Positions 25,803-37,784 of a stretch of 64,000 nucleotides of DNA are shown piece after piece. Position 1 is the stretch's first letter, and every line of letters starts with the position of its first letter. The notes beneath the pieces are model-generated. The model worked only from the letters and a program-made list of their open reading frames with translations, was not told the DNA's origin and did no database searches. The translations under genes were made by a program, and so were the position numbers. This DNA comes from Desulfobacterales bacterium. GTDB taxonomy: Bacteria; Desulfobacterota; Desulfobacteria; Desulfobacterales; SpSt-501. Location of the stretch: assembly GCA_041736435.1 (NCBI GenBank), contig JBGSTS010000106.1, forward strand, positions 13,625-77,624. Reading direction: 5' to 3'.

Positions 25803-26987
25803 ATGCAAGCGGCTGCCCGAATTTTGGAGCTCTCCCGGCGCTATCGCGACGACACTGCCGCAAACCTGTCCGACCTGGTCAAAATTCGGTCTCTGAGCTG
25901 CCGGGAAAAGGATGTCGCGCACAAGCTGGCCGATCAAATGAGACTTGCCCGATTCGACGAGGTCACCATCGACGGGCTCGGCAACGTGATCGGTCGCATC
26001 GGCCGCGGCCGGCGCGTCCTTGCCTTCGACGGCCACATCGACACCGTGGACGTCGGCAATCCCGCCAACTGGACGGATGACCCCTTCGGCGGCGCGATCC
26101 GCGACGGGTTCGTCCACGGGCGCGGTGCGGCCGACCAGAAGGGCGGCCCGGCGGCGATGGTGACCGCCGGCCGGATCCTCAAGGAGATGGGTTTCGACCG
26201 GGACCTGACGCTTTATTTCGTGGGCAGCGTTATGGAGGAGGACTGCGACGGGCTGTGCTGGAAATACATCATCGAAGAGGACGGCATTCGGCCGGAAGCG
26301 GTGGTCATCACCGAGCCGACGGACGGGGGCCTTTACCGCGGACAGCGCGGCCGCATGGAGATCGAGGTCGAATTCAAGGGGGTCTCAGCCCATGGGTCGG
26401 CGCCGGAGCGCGGCAAGAACGCTATTTACGCGGCCTCCCGGGCCTGCCTGGCCGCCCAGCAGCTGAACGAGCGGTTTCCCGCCGATGAGTTTCTCGGCAA
26501 GGGCTCCATCGCTTTGAGCCAGTTTGTCTCCGGCAGCCCCTCCCTGTGCGCCGTGGCCGACTATGCCCGGATCCACCTGGACCGGCGGCTGACCTGGGGC
26601 GAGACCAAGGAGTCGGCCGTGGCGGAGATCGAAGCCATCGTGCACGGCGAGGAGGCCAAGGTCTTCGTGCTCGACTACGAAGAAGCTGCTTACACCGGCA
26701 AGCGCTACGGTATGGAAAAGTACTACCCGACCTGGAAGTGGTCCGAGGACCATCCCGCGGTCCAAGCCGGCGCCCTGGCGTATGCGGCCCTTTTCGGGAA
26801 GCCGCCGCGGATCGGCAAGTGGACCTTCTCGACCAACGCCGTCACCATATCGGGGGTCTACGGCATTCCGGCCATAGGCTTCGGCCCCGGCGCCGAAGCC
26901 ATGGCGCATGCCCCCAACGAGAAAACGCCCGTCGAGGACCTGGTCAACGCGGCGGCGTTCTACGCCATGGTTGCCATCATTATCTGA
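25803..26987 (+). CDS. ygeY: YgeY-family M20 peptidase/deacylase (selenium-metabolism-linked hydrolase family)
   Basis: Long collinear similarity to E. coli YgeY as I recall it: EEDCDGLCWKYIIEEDGIRPE..ITEPTD...YRGQRGRMEIEV...GVSAHGSAPERG.NAI...RRLTWGET...KWTFSTNAV...GFGPG....AHAPNEKT. Confidence 0.9.
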   Translation: MQAAARILELSRRYRDDTAANLSDLVKIRSLSCREKDVAHKLADQMRLARFDEVTIDGLGNVIGRIGRGRRVLAFDGHIDTVDVGNPANWTDDPFGGAIRDGFVHGRGAADQKGGPAAMVTAGRILKEMGFDRDLTLYFVGSVMEEDCDGLCWKYIIEEDGIRPEAVVITEPTDGGLYRGQRGRMEIEVEFKGVSAHGSAPERGKNAIYAASRACLAAQQLNERFPADEFLGKGSIALSQFVSGSPSLCAVADYARIHLDRRLTWGETKESAVAEIEAIVHGEEAKVFVLDYEEAAYTGKRYGMEKYYPTWKWSEDHPAVQAGALAYAALFGKPPRIGKWTFSTNAVTISGVYGIPAIGFGPGAEAMAHAPNEKTPVEDLVNAAAFYAMVAIII

Positions 26988-26998
26988 AGGGAAAAGGC

Positions 26999-28189
26999 AT
27001 GACCTCCTTCACCAAATTGATGAAAGATATCGATGCCCTGCCGGGCAAACTCCACCACACCGACTTTCTGCTGACCTGGGATAAGTCCGTCGATGAACTC
27101 CGGAAGATCCTCGCCGTGGCCGAGGCGCTGCGCCGGCTGCGGCAGGACAACCGCTCCACGCGCTGCTTCGACTCTGGCCTGGCGGTGAGCATCTTCCGCG
27201 ACCAGTCGACCCGCACGCGATTTTCCTTCTTCTCCGCCGCCAACCTGCTGGGGCTGGGGGTCCAGGACCTGGACGAGACCCGCGCGCAGATCGCCCACGG
27301 GGAGACCGTGCGCGAGACCGCCAACATGATTTCGTTTTTCACCGAGGTCATCGGCATCCGCGACGATATTTTTCTCGGCGCAGGCCACGCCTATATGAAG
27401 CAGGTGGCCGCCGCCGTGGAGGACGGCTTCAATTCCGGGGTACTGGAGCAGCGGCCCTATCTGGTCAACCTCCAGAGCGACATCGACCACCCCACCCAGA
27501 GCATGGCCGACCTGATGCAGTTGGCCCATCATTTCGGCTCCGTGGAAAACCTGCGGGGCAAGAAGATCGCCATGACCTGGGCCTATTCGCCCAGCTACGG
27601 CAAACCGCTCTCCGTGCCACAGGGGGTGATCGGCCTGATGACCCGCTTCGGGATGGAGGTGGTGCTGGCGCACCCCGAGGGCTACCGCCTGATTCCCGAT
27701 GTGGTTTCCAAGGCCGGGGTGTTTGCCAAGGAAAACGGCGGCAGTTTCCGGGTGGTCAACTCGATGGACGAGGCCTTCGCCGGAGCCGACGTGGTCTACC
27801 CCAAAAGTTGGGCGCCCTACCACGTGATGGAAAAGCGCACCGAGCTGCTGCGCGACAACGACACCGCCGGGCTGAAGGAACTAGAAAAGTCCTGCCTGGC
27901 CCAGAACGCTCACTTCAAGGCCTGGGAGTGCAACGAGGCCAAAATGAAACTGACCGGCGACGGCCGGGCGCTTTACATGCACTGCCTGCCGGCGGACATT
28001 TCCGGGGTCTCCTGCGCCGCCGGCGAAGTTGGGGCGAGCGTCTTCGAGCGCTACCGGATCCCTACCTACATCCAGGCTGGGTTCAAGCCCTACATCATCG
28101 CCGCCGTCATGCTGACCAGCCGCTTCGAGGACCCCGTCAAGGTTTTGAGGGCGTTAAAGCGCCGGGGGCGACCCCGGGTGGGATTCTGA
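26999..28189 (+). CDS. ygeW: Knotted carbamoyltransferase YgeW
   Basis: Near-collinear with E. coli YgeW as I recall it: DFLLTW..., SIFRDQSTRTRFSF, QIAHGETVRETANMISFF, NLQSDIDHPTQSMADL, KIAMTWAYSPSYGKPLSVPQGVIGLMTRFGM, YMHCLPADISGVSC. Start at ATG 26999, not the track's 26546. Confidence 0.93.
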   Translation: MTSFTKLMKDIDALPGKLHHTDFLLTWDKSVDELRKILAVAEALRRLRQDNRSTRCFDSGLAVSIFRDQSTRTRFSFFSAANLLGLGVQDLDETRAQIAHGETVRETANMISFFTEVIGIRDDIFLGAGHAYMKQVAAAVEDGFNSGVLEQRPYLVNLQSDIDHPTQSMADLMQLAHHFGSVENLRGKKIAMTWAYSPSYGKPLSVPQGVIGLMTRFGMEVVLAHPEGYRLIPDVVSKAGVFAKENGGSFRVVNSMDEAFAGADVVYPKSWAPYHVMEKRTELLRDNDTAGLKELEKSCLAQNAHFKAWECNEAKMKLTGDGRALYMHCLPADISGVSCAAGEVGASVFERYRIPTYIQAGFKPYIIAAVMLTSRFEDPVKVLRALKRRGRPRVGF

Positions 28190-28206
28190 CAATTTTCATT
28201 TTTTTA

Positions 28207-28237
28207 TTGACAATATTCCCACATCATTTAATATTAT
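28207..28237 (+). promoter_or_regulatory. Sigma70-type promoter for rplU-rpmA-obg
   Basis: TTGACA (28207-28212), 16-17 nt spacer, TAATAT/AATATT (28229-28235), inside an AT-rich patch about 40 nt upstream of the rplU RBS GAGGAGG. Confidence 0.5.
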
Positions 28238-28275
28238 CCGGTTTTGGTAAGCTTATTTCGTTGAGGAGGCACACC

Positions 28276-28587
28276 ATGTACGCGGTGGTTCACACGGGCG
28301 GCAAACAATACAAGGTCCAGAAAGGCGAAACCCTGCGAATTGAAAAGATTCCGGGCGAGGTCGGCAGTGCGGTGACCTTTGACAAGGTGTTGATGGTGGC
28401 GGACGGCGAGGAGATCCGGGTCGGCCAGCCGGTCCTGGAGAATGTCAAGGTCCAGGCCAGCATCGTCGAACAGGACAGGGCCAAGAAGGTTCTGGTCTTC
28501 AAGTACAAGCGCCGCAAACGTTACCGCCGCAGGCAGGGCCATCGGCAACCTTATACCGCGATCCGCATCGACGGCATCGACGCCTAA
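28276..28587 (+). CDS. rplU: 50S ribosomal protein L21
   Basis: MYAVVHTGGKQYKVQKGETLRIEKI...KKVLVFKYKRRKRYRRRQGHRQPYT. Confidence 0.95.
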   Translation: MYAVVHTGGKQYKVQKGETLRIEKIPGEVGSAVTFDKVLMVADGEEIRVGQPVLENVKVQASIVEQDRAKKVLVFKYKRRKRYRRRQGHRQPYTAIRIDGIDA

Positions 28588-28602
28588 GCGTGAGGTGATA
28601 TC

Positions 28603-31001
<2,399 letters not shown>

Positions 31002-31005
<4 letters not shown>

Positions 31006-32261
31006 GCTCGATTGATGAAATGATTGCAGCGATGGCCCGGGATGCCCGGCGTGCCTCACGGGCCACGGCCCGCTGTTCGACAGATGCCAAAAACGCAGCG
31101 CTGAGAAGCATGGCCGCGGGGATCGCGCGGGAAGCGGACGGGATCCGTGCCGAAAACCAAATAGATGTTCAGACCGCACGCGACGGAGGCTTGTCCGCGG
31201 CCATGATCGACCGCTTGACCATCGGCCCGGGAACCATCGCGGCCATGGCGGCCGGGCTGCAGGAGGTCGCCGATCTGCCCGACCCGGTCGGCAGCTGCGG
31301 ACCGAGCTGGGTGCGGCCAAATGGACTGCAGATTGCGCGGATGCAAATCCCGCTGGGCGTGATCGGGATCATTTATGAATCCCGGCCGAACGTGACGGTT
31401 GACGCCGCCGCGCTTTGCCTCAAGGCCGGCAATGCCGTCCTGCTGCGCGGCGGCTCCGAGGCGCTTAACTCCAACCGGGCCCTGGCGGCCGTCATCGGCC
31501 GTGCGCTCGAGGAGGCCGGCCTGCCGAAAACCGCCGTTCAGGTCTTGCCGGTCGCCGAGCGCGCCGCGGTCAGCGCCCTGCTGCAGCAGGAGGAGTCGAT
31601 CGATTTGATCATCCCCAGGGGCGGCGAAGAGCTCATCCGTTTCGTGGTGGCAAACTCCAAGATCCCCGTTCTCAAGCACTACAAGGGGGTTTGCCACGTC
31701 TACGTGGACGAGGGTGCCGACCTCCCCATGGCCGAGGCGGTGTGCTTCAATGCCAAGGTGCAGCGGCCGGGCGTGTGCAACGCCATGGAAACCCTGCTCG
31801 TGCACCGGTCAGAGGCGGTGCGCTTTCTGCCGGGGATGGCCGGTCGTTTCGCCGCGGCCGGGGTGGAGCTGCGCGGTTGCCCCGAGACACGGTGCATTCT
31901 GCCGGGGGTTGTCCCGGCAACGGATGCGGACTGGCCGGCTGAGTTTCTGGACCTAATCCTGGCGGTCAAAGTGGTCTCCGGAATGGACGAGGCGATCGAG
32001 CACATCGCCGCCCATGGCTCGTGCCACACCGAGGCGATTGTGACGCGGGATTACGAGCGGGCCCGGCGCTTCGTGCGCGAGGTGGACTCCTCGGTGGTGC
32101 TGGTGAACGCCTCCACCCGGTTCAACGACGGCAGCCAGCTCGGGCTGGGCGCTGAGATCGGCATCAGTACCTCCAAGCTGCACGCGTTCGGCCCGATGGG
32201 ATTGGAAGAGTTGACTACGACCAAGTTCGTGGTGTACGGCAGCGGCCAGATCCGGCTGTGA
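31002..32261 (+). CDS. proA: Gamma-glutamyl phosphate reductase
   Basis: [63 protein letters not shown]. Confidence 0.93.
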
Positions 32262-32269
32262 CGACTTCG

Positions 32270-32385
32270 TGTAAAGCCCAACCTCTGCGTTGCGCTTCAT
32301 TTCGCACTTGCTGTGGTCCCGCCATGGCGGGATACGCCTCGCGAGGCGTAATTGGCGCGCTTTGACCTTGGACTTTGCACAAAGC
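32270..32385. repeat. Family-B palindromic intergenic repeat, copy B2
   Basis: TGTAAAGCCCAACCTCTGCGTTGCGCTTCATTTCGC...GGTCCCGCCATGGCGGGATACGCCTCGCGAGGCGTA...GCGCGCTTTGACCTTGGACTTTGCACA. The outer arms are imperfectly complementary. Confidence 0.7.
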
Positions 32386-32440
32386 CGTCTGTAGCAGTGA
32401 CCTTTTCCAAGGCGTCGAGTAGGGTGGTTTTATTAAGGCG

Positions 32441-33100
32441 ATGAAGATAGGTTTATTCGGCGGCACCTTCGACCCGATCCACTTCGGCCACCTGCGCCCG
32501 GCATTGGAAGTGCGGGAGGCGTGCGGGCTGGAGCGGGTGGTCCTCATCCCGGCCGCCGTGCCGCCGCACAAGGGGCGGGGGGCTATGGCCGCGGCCGCCG
32601 ACCGCCTGCGGATGATCGAGCTGGCCGTCGCCGGCGCACCCGGGTTGACCGTGTCGGACGTGGAAATCCGACGCGCGGGTCCTTCCTACACCATTGATAC
32701 GGTTCGGTATTTTCAGGGTGAGATCCCCGGCGGCGAGATTGCCCTCATCATGGGTGTGGACGCTTTTCTCGAAATCGATACCTGGAAATCCTTTCGGGAA
32801 ATCCTGTCCATCGTTGCAGTGATCGTGATCTCCCGCCCCCCTCCCCGTGGAGACCGGACCGGGAGCGACCGGGGGCGGGTCAAGGGCGTTCTTGCCACCA
32901 TCGTTTCGCCTGAAACCATCACCGAGACTCCGGAGGGGTTTCAGGCCGCCGGGCTTAAACCGGTAGCCGTTCAGCCGGTCACGGCGCTCGATATTTCCAG
33001 CACGCGGATCCGGGAGATGGTCGGTGCAGGCCGCTCGATCCGATACCTGGCGCCCGCCGCCGTGGTCGAACACATTCGAACCAAAGGACTTTACGCATGA
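32441..33100 (+). CDS. nadD: Nicotinate-nucleotide adenylyltransferase
   Basis: GLFGGTFDPIHFGHL (HxGH), SSTRIR. Confidence 0.9.
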   Translation: MKIGLFGGTFDPIHFGHLRPALEVREACGLERVVLIPAAVPPHKGRGAMAAAADRLRMIELAVAGAPGLTVSDVEIRRAGPSYTIDTVRYFQGEIPGGEIALIMGVDAFLEIDTWKSFREILSIVAVIVISRPPPRGDRTGSDRGRVKGVLATIVSPETITETPEGFQAAGLKPVAVQPVTALDISSTRIREMVGAGRSIRYLAPAAVVEHIRTKGLYA

Positions 33101-33504
33101 CCGAGGAGATGGAAGCGACCCTGAAGCCCTACATCGATGCCGTCCAGGGTAGAAAGGCTGTCAACGTGGCGGTTCTGGACGTGCGGGGTCTCACGTCGAT
33201 TGCCGATGCCTTCATCATCTGCAGCGGGCGCTCCAACCGCCAGGTGTCCGCCATTGCCGAGCATGTCGAGCGCGAGCTGCGCAAACAGAAGATCAAGCCG
33301 CTCAGTGTGGAGGGCGCCAAGGACGGCCAATGGGTGCTCCTGGACTACGGCAGTGTGATCCTTCATGTCTTTTTCGAATCGGTGCGCGAGTTCTACGACC
33401 TTGAAGGCCTTTGGACGGACGCCCGCCGCTTGAAGCTCACAGGCCCGAAGCGAGCCAAAAGCGGCCATGCGCCGGCGCTGCGCTCCCGCAGCACGGAAGA
33501 GTGA
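33097..33504 (+). CDS. rsfS: Ribosome silencing factor RsfS
   Basis: AVLDVRGLTSIADAFIICSGRSNRQVSAIAEHV...WVLLDYGSVILHVF. Confidence 0.9.
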   Translation: MTEEMEATLKPYIDAVQGRKAVNVAVLDVRGLTSIADAFIICSGRSNRQVSAIAEHVERELRKQKIKPLSVEGAKDGQWVLLDYGSVILHVFFESVREFYDLEGLWTDARRLKLTGPKRAKSGHAPALRSRSTEE

Positions 33505-33519
33505 CCCGGAGAGCGGCGC

Positions 33520-34068
33520 ATGCCCCCCACCCTGAAACCCTTTTCGACCCTGGTTGATTTTGTCACGGGAAAAGAGATCCCGAATATCGGCGCTGAGGAA
33601 AACCGCCAGGCCGTCGAGCGCCTGCTCGTCGAACAAAAAGGGTACGGCCGGCCGGAAATCGAAGTCGAGGTGCCGATCGAGATGGTCATCGACGCTGAGG
33701 CCTATCGATCGGCGGTCGACTTGGTGGTGGCTGTAAACGGGCGTCGGGTGATGGCCTTTCGGTGCGCCGCAGGGTCGCTGGCCTCCTATGAGCGCGAAAT
33801 AGTGGCTGCCGCGCGCCTGGTGGGCCGGCATCAGGTCCCGATCGCCGCCGTTTCGGACGGCAAGACCGCGCTGGTGTTCGACACGCTCTCCGGCCGGCCG
33901 ATCGGCGAAGGCCTGGATGCGATTCCAGTCAGGTCGGAATTGCTTGCACGCTTTAAAAACCTGGAGTTCAGGGAGCTGTCCGGGGAGCGACGCCGGCGGG
34001 AGGAGCTGATATTCCGAACCTATGACCGTGAGCGGGTCAACTCGGCCCGGTGGGGCGGGGGACGTTGA
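33520..34068 (+). CDS. HsdR-N-terminal-like (PD-(D/E)xK-type) domain protein
   Basis: 182 aa. Family resemblance only (FVTGKEIPN.GAEENRQAVERLLV..., DLVV). Function unknown. Confidence 0.5.
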   Translation: MPPTLKPFSTLVDFVTGKEIPNIGAEENRQAVERLLVEQKGYGRPEIEVEVPIEMVIDAEAYRSAVDLVVAVNGRRVMAFRCAAGSLASYEREIVAAARLVGRHQVPIAAVSDGKTALVFDTLSGRPIGEGLDAIPVRSELLARFKNLEFRELSGERRRREELIFRTYDRERVNSARWGGGR

Positions 34069-34109
34069 CAGTTTCTCTAACTTAGGATAAACTTTATTAT
34101 TACTGGAGG

Positions 34110-34709
34110 TTGACGCGCGTTTTGTCGATAGCCCAGCGATCCACGGACGTCTGCCAAGCCGCTGCCCGCATTCGCCGCCGCCGGTTTCTTCGGTTGGGGC
34201 TGCTGGCAGCGTCCGCTTTTCTCCTGCCGAGATCCCTGTGCGCCGGTGTTCAGGGGTCGGCCGCAACCGATCGCCGACTGGCATTTTTCAACACGCACAC
34301 GGGTGAAACGCTGAAGGCCTGCTATTTCAGGTCAGGCTGCTACGATTCAAGCGCGCTGCGTGCGATCAACCACATTCTGAGGGATCACCGCAGCGGCGAG
34401 GTCCACCCCATCGAGGGGCGCTTGCTGGATCTTCTGCACGCGCTTGCCAGCAGGTTTGAAACCCCGTGCCCGTTTCACGTCATCTCCGGGTACCGTTCCC
34501 CCAAGACCAACGCCATCCTTCATAACCGAAACCGCGGCGTGGCATCCCAAAGCCTGCATCTCCATGGCAAGGCGATCGACCTCCGCATACCGGGCATCCG
34601 CACCAGCGAGTTGAGGGATCAGGCCCTGTCGCTGGCTGCCGGCGGGGTCGGCTACTACCCCAGGTCCGACTTCGTGCACGTGGACATCGGCCGCGTGCGT
34701 GCCTGGTAA
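34110..34709 (+). CDS. YcbK/DUF882 (peptidase M15A-like) protein with Tat-type signal
   Basis: RRRFLRLGLLAASAFLLP. SGYRSPKTN...SLHLHGKAIDLRIPG...GGVGYYPRSDFVHVDIGRVRAW. Exact start uncertain (TTG 34110 or downstream). Confidence 0.85.
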   Translation: MTRVLSIAQRSTDVCQAAARIRRRRFLRLGLLAASAFLLPRSLCAGVQGSAATDRRLAFFNTHTGETLKACYFRSGCYDSSALRAINHILRDHRSGEVHPIEGRLLDLLHALASRFETPCPFHVISGYRSPKTNAILHNRNRGVASQSLHLHGKAIDLRIPGIRTSELRDQALSLAAGGVGYYPRSDFVHVDIGRVRAW

Positions 34710-34720
34710 CCTTCTCTTCT

Positions 34721-34866
34721 CAGTTTCCATACAGAAACAGTGGATTTCGTTTCAGGTCAAGGCCACAGCGATTTCGAACCCGGAGGCGCAGTCAACCTAC
34801 GCCGAGGATTTCGATGAGCGAGAACACCGGCATGGGCCGAAAGATACCCTTTTTGAATGGAAACTG
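34721..34866 (+). repeat. Family-A structured repeat, copy A5 (most diverged)
   Basis: CAGTTTCCATAC AGAAACAGTGGATTTCGTTTCAGGTCAAGGCCACAGCGATTTCGAACCCGGAGGCG...CGCCGAGGATTTCGA...GAATGGAAACTG. Confidence 0.8.
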
Positions 34867-34873
34867 CTTAGGT

Positions 34874-36634
34874 TCATGGGCGCCGCGGCGGCTTCTGCCT
34901 CAACGCACGGTCGAGGGCTGCGTCCCGTTGATAGATGTCCTGCCGGAACTCGACCCTGCCTTCCGCATCCACCCCGGCCGTCATGTAGACCAAATGCACG
35001 GGGATTTTTTGCTTCAGGCGGACCGTGCGAAGCCGGCCGGCGTCGATGGCGGCGGTCACGGCCTCGCGCGACCATTCGGGCGAATCCTTTAATACGTAAA
35101 CAGCCAGTTCCAGGGGCTTTTCGATGCGGATGCACCCGGAGCTGAACCCGCGCATGCTGCGCTCGAAGAGACTCTTGGAGGGGGTGTCGTGCAGGTAAAC
35201 GGAAAACGTGTTCGGGAACATGAATTTAATCCGGCCCAGGTCGTTGTGAGGGCCGGGGTCCTTCATCAACCGGTAGCGAAAATTCCCGGGGCTGACCTGG
35301 CTCCAGTCGATTTCATCCGGATCAAGCTCAGCGGCGTTGCGGTTCCAGCTCTCGAAAACGCGGATTTTTTGGCGGCGCATGTGACCCGGGTCTTTGCGGG
35401 CCTTGGGCAGGATGTCCTGAACCGCGATGCGGTTGGGAATGTTCCAATCCGGATTGAAAACCAGGTGATCCATTAGACTGCTGAATACCGGGGTGCGGCG
35501 ATAGTGGCGCCCCACGACCACGCGCATGTCAAGGACCGACAACCCGTTCTCGACGGCGCTCAGCGTGAAATGGGGCACGTTGACCCATATGTGGCGTGCT
35601 CCTAAATCCTGCGGGAGCCAGCGCCAACGCTCCAGGTTCAATTCGATCTGGCGGATGCGCTCCCTTAGCGGTACGTTCAAGGCTTGAAGGGTCTGGGGGC
35701 CCATCCGGCCGTCGACTTCCAGACCGTGCCGGGCTTGAAACCGGCGCAACCCCTCGTATAGCTCCAGATCGGTATCGGTTTCGGATTTGTGCGGAGGGTG
35801 CGGCAGGTCGCCTGAACGGTCCAGACGCTCGCGCAGCAGGTCGGCGATCTCCCCGGTTTGCCAACGGTCCCAGGTGGATTTTTCCGGCAGCTGCGGCCAT
35901 TCACCGTCTGCGGTCAAGGTGCGATAATACGCCAAGGCGTTTCTCAGGGAGCCGTAGTCCGGGTGGGGTGGGGAAAAACCATCTAAAGCCTCCCCGATGC
36001 GGCCGGTTTCGATCGCACGCTCGAGAAGCTGTGCGATATCGACCTCCGGGTCCATCTGGACCACCCATTCGGCGTGCAGGGTCTCCGGGTTGACCCGCCC
36101 GGCCCGCAGGTGCGAGGCGATCAACAGGAAGGCATCTGTGAGCAGAAAGTCCAGGTCTACGGCCAGGGACGTATCAAGCGTGCGGCCGGAGGCCTGCTCA
36201 ATCTGATCCTGATCCAACAACCGGCGGATCGCCTCGAGGTGGTAGGCCTGCGGGTTCAGCCCATGCTCAACCGCGCGTTCGATGTGCCGGAGGAGATCAG
36301 TGGCCGGCGAAAACGACCTATCGGCAGCCTGCCAGGCCGGCCGATACTCCCGCAGCGCATAGAATCGCGGCAGTTCGGCAATTCCGCAGACCAGCTCTCC
36401 CTGACAGACCATGTAATCGGCTGCCTGGGCGGCAGCCACTTTGGCCCGCATCGCCTCTGCGAAGGGCCCGTGACCCGCAGAGCTGGCAGAGTCCGCCGGC
36501 CCCAGACCCAAGATACATATCAGGATGAAGACGGCGAGGCAGAACAAGCGCGGAGGGAGCGCCAACGCAATTGCCGGGGAAACGCTCTGGCTCGGCCGGC
36601 CACGCGGCGCCCTGAACTTAAATGACAAGTGCAT
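34874..36634 (-). CDS. L,D-transpeptidase, YcbB/LdtD-like (PG-binding plus YkuD domains)
   Basis: 586 aa. C-terminal YkuD signature HDTPSKSLFERSMRGFSSGCIRI. Signal/TM at the N-terminus. Convergent with the ycbK-like gene, as in E. coli ycbB-ycbK. Confidence 0.85.
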   Translation of the reverse strand: MHLSFKFRAPRGRPSQSVSPAIALALPPRLFCLAVFILICILGLGPADSASSAGHGPFAEAMRAKVAAAQAADYMVCQGELVCGIAELPRFYALREYRPAWQAADRSFSPATDLLRHIERAVEHGLNPQAYHLEAIRRLLDQDQIEQASGRTLDTSLAVDLDFLLTDAFLLIASHLRAGRVNPETLHAEWVVQMDPEVDIAQLLERAIETGRIGEALDGFSPPHPDYGSLRNALAYYRTLTADGEWPQLPEKSTWDRWQTGEIADLLRERLDRSGDLPHPPHKSETDTDLELYEGLRRFQARHGLEVDGRMGPQTLQALNVPLRERIRQIELNLERWRWLPQDLGARHIWVNVPHFTLSAVENGLSVLDMRVVVGRHYRRTPVFSSLMDHLVFNPDWNIPNRIAVQDILPKARKDPGHMRRQKIRVFESWNRNAAELDPDEIDWSQVSPGNFRYRLMKDPGPHNDLGRIKFMFPNTFSVYLHDTPSKSLFERSMRGFSSGCIRIEKPLELAVYVLKDSPEWSREAVTAAIDAGRLRTVRLKQKIPVHLVYMTAGVDAEGRVEFRQDIYQRDAALDRALRQKPPRRP

Positions 36635-36852
36635 CAGTTAAATATCCAACCGTTTGAGATGTCATCTTTAGCGGGGACTGGGGGAAAACTTTACCTTCAG
36701 GTGAAAATGTCAATCCGATTATGGCCGCAATGCATCTAGCTACTCTTTAGTGACAAGGTCGCAGGGTGAAAAGGCTTTCAGGCGATGTTAACTCTGGCGC
36801 TTAAACCTTCGGGTCCTTGACCCCTTGCCACCGGCTTCGGCCGGCGCGCGGC

Positions 36853-37527
36853 TTATTTGCCCGTTACGTCCTTGCCGCAGTGCTTGCAAACGTTGGCCCG
36901 TTGCTTGATGATCTCTGCACAGAACGGGCATTCGCGCGTAAAGTGCCGCTCGTGGATCTTGGCGATGGCCTCATCGACTTTTTTCTGGATGATCTCGTTG
37001 GGGAAGTGCAGATTTCGGAGCGGTTCGACAGCCTCGATTTCACCGATATCGCCGAGCATCTCGGCGGCTTTGAGCCTGACCCGCGCCGGCTGCAGCGGAT
37101 CCAGCAAAAGCTGCAGGATGGCCGGCCCCTCCCGGGTGGTGTAGTAATCGGCAAGCAAGTTGAAGCCGAGTTTGATCGCCTCCTTGGAGGCTTCCAGCTC
37201 GGCCACGGCCTGCTCGTCAACGATCTGTCCCCGCATGCCCATGTCGCTGAAAACCGGCACGCACTCGAACACATCGCTGCCCGGATAGTTAATGCAGCGA
37301 TAGGATGCCCGGTGGGCATAGGATTCCTCGATGTGCTTCCAGCCGGATTGGTACAGGGAGCACTCGTCATTGAAGCATACGAACAGGTAAGGGGTCCCCC
37401 AGCCCAACCCGTCGCCGAAACGCATCGGCGGCTCTTCCCACAGGTTCATCTCCACCCCGCAGTGCGGGCACTTGGGCCGCGGCAGGGCCATCACCTTTTC
37501 CAAAACCTCTTCGCGGGTCTCAAACAT
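36853..37527 (-). CDS. HEAT-repeat protein flanked by two zinc-ribbon motifs
   Basis: CPHCG...C.NDEC at the N-terminus, HEAT-like RLKAAEMLGDIGEIEAVEPL, C-terminal CPFCAE...CKHCG. Start at ATG 37527. Confidence 0.6.
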   Translation of the reverse strand: MFETREEVLEKVMALPRPKCPHCGVEMNLWEEPPMRFGDGLGWGTPYLFVCFNDECSLYQSGWKHIEESYAHRASYRCINYPGSDVFECVPVFSDMGMRGQIVDEQAVAELEASKEAIKLGFNLLADYYTTREGPAILQLLLDPLQPARVRLKAAEMLGDIGEIEAVEPLRNLHFPNEIIQKKVDEAIAKIHERHFTRECPFCAEIIKQRANVCKHCGKDVTGK

Positions 37528-37784
37528 ACAGATTATCCTTTGGCTGAGTGTCGGTTGCAGTCGTTTTAAGGGCGGATAGTAAGGGGTGGGCAGATGGTTG
37601 TCAAACCGGCAGAATGGACCGGGCCAACGGTCATAGCGCGACGAGAGCATGTCAGAACTGGGATAAACCCTAATGAACAACGGTCGCCGGGGCAACCTAT
37701 CGCCCTGCAATTGCTTGGAAATTTAAGAATTTAAGCCGAAGTCGTGCGTTGACAGCACAAATCGGGAGTGGTAGGACATCCCGC

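Noticed and set aside
26546-26998. N-terminal extension of ygeW (track start 26546). Similar extensions exist for rplU (27808), proB (29806), thrC-like (22683) and dctP (20704).
   Set aside because: The extensions overlap the preceding well-supported genes or lack family similarity. Internal starts match the orthologue N-termini and have RBS-like sequences.
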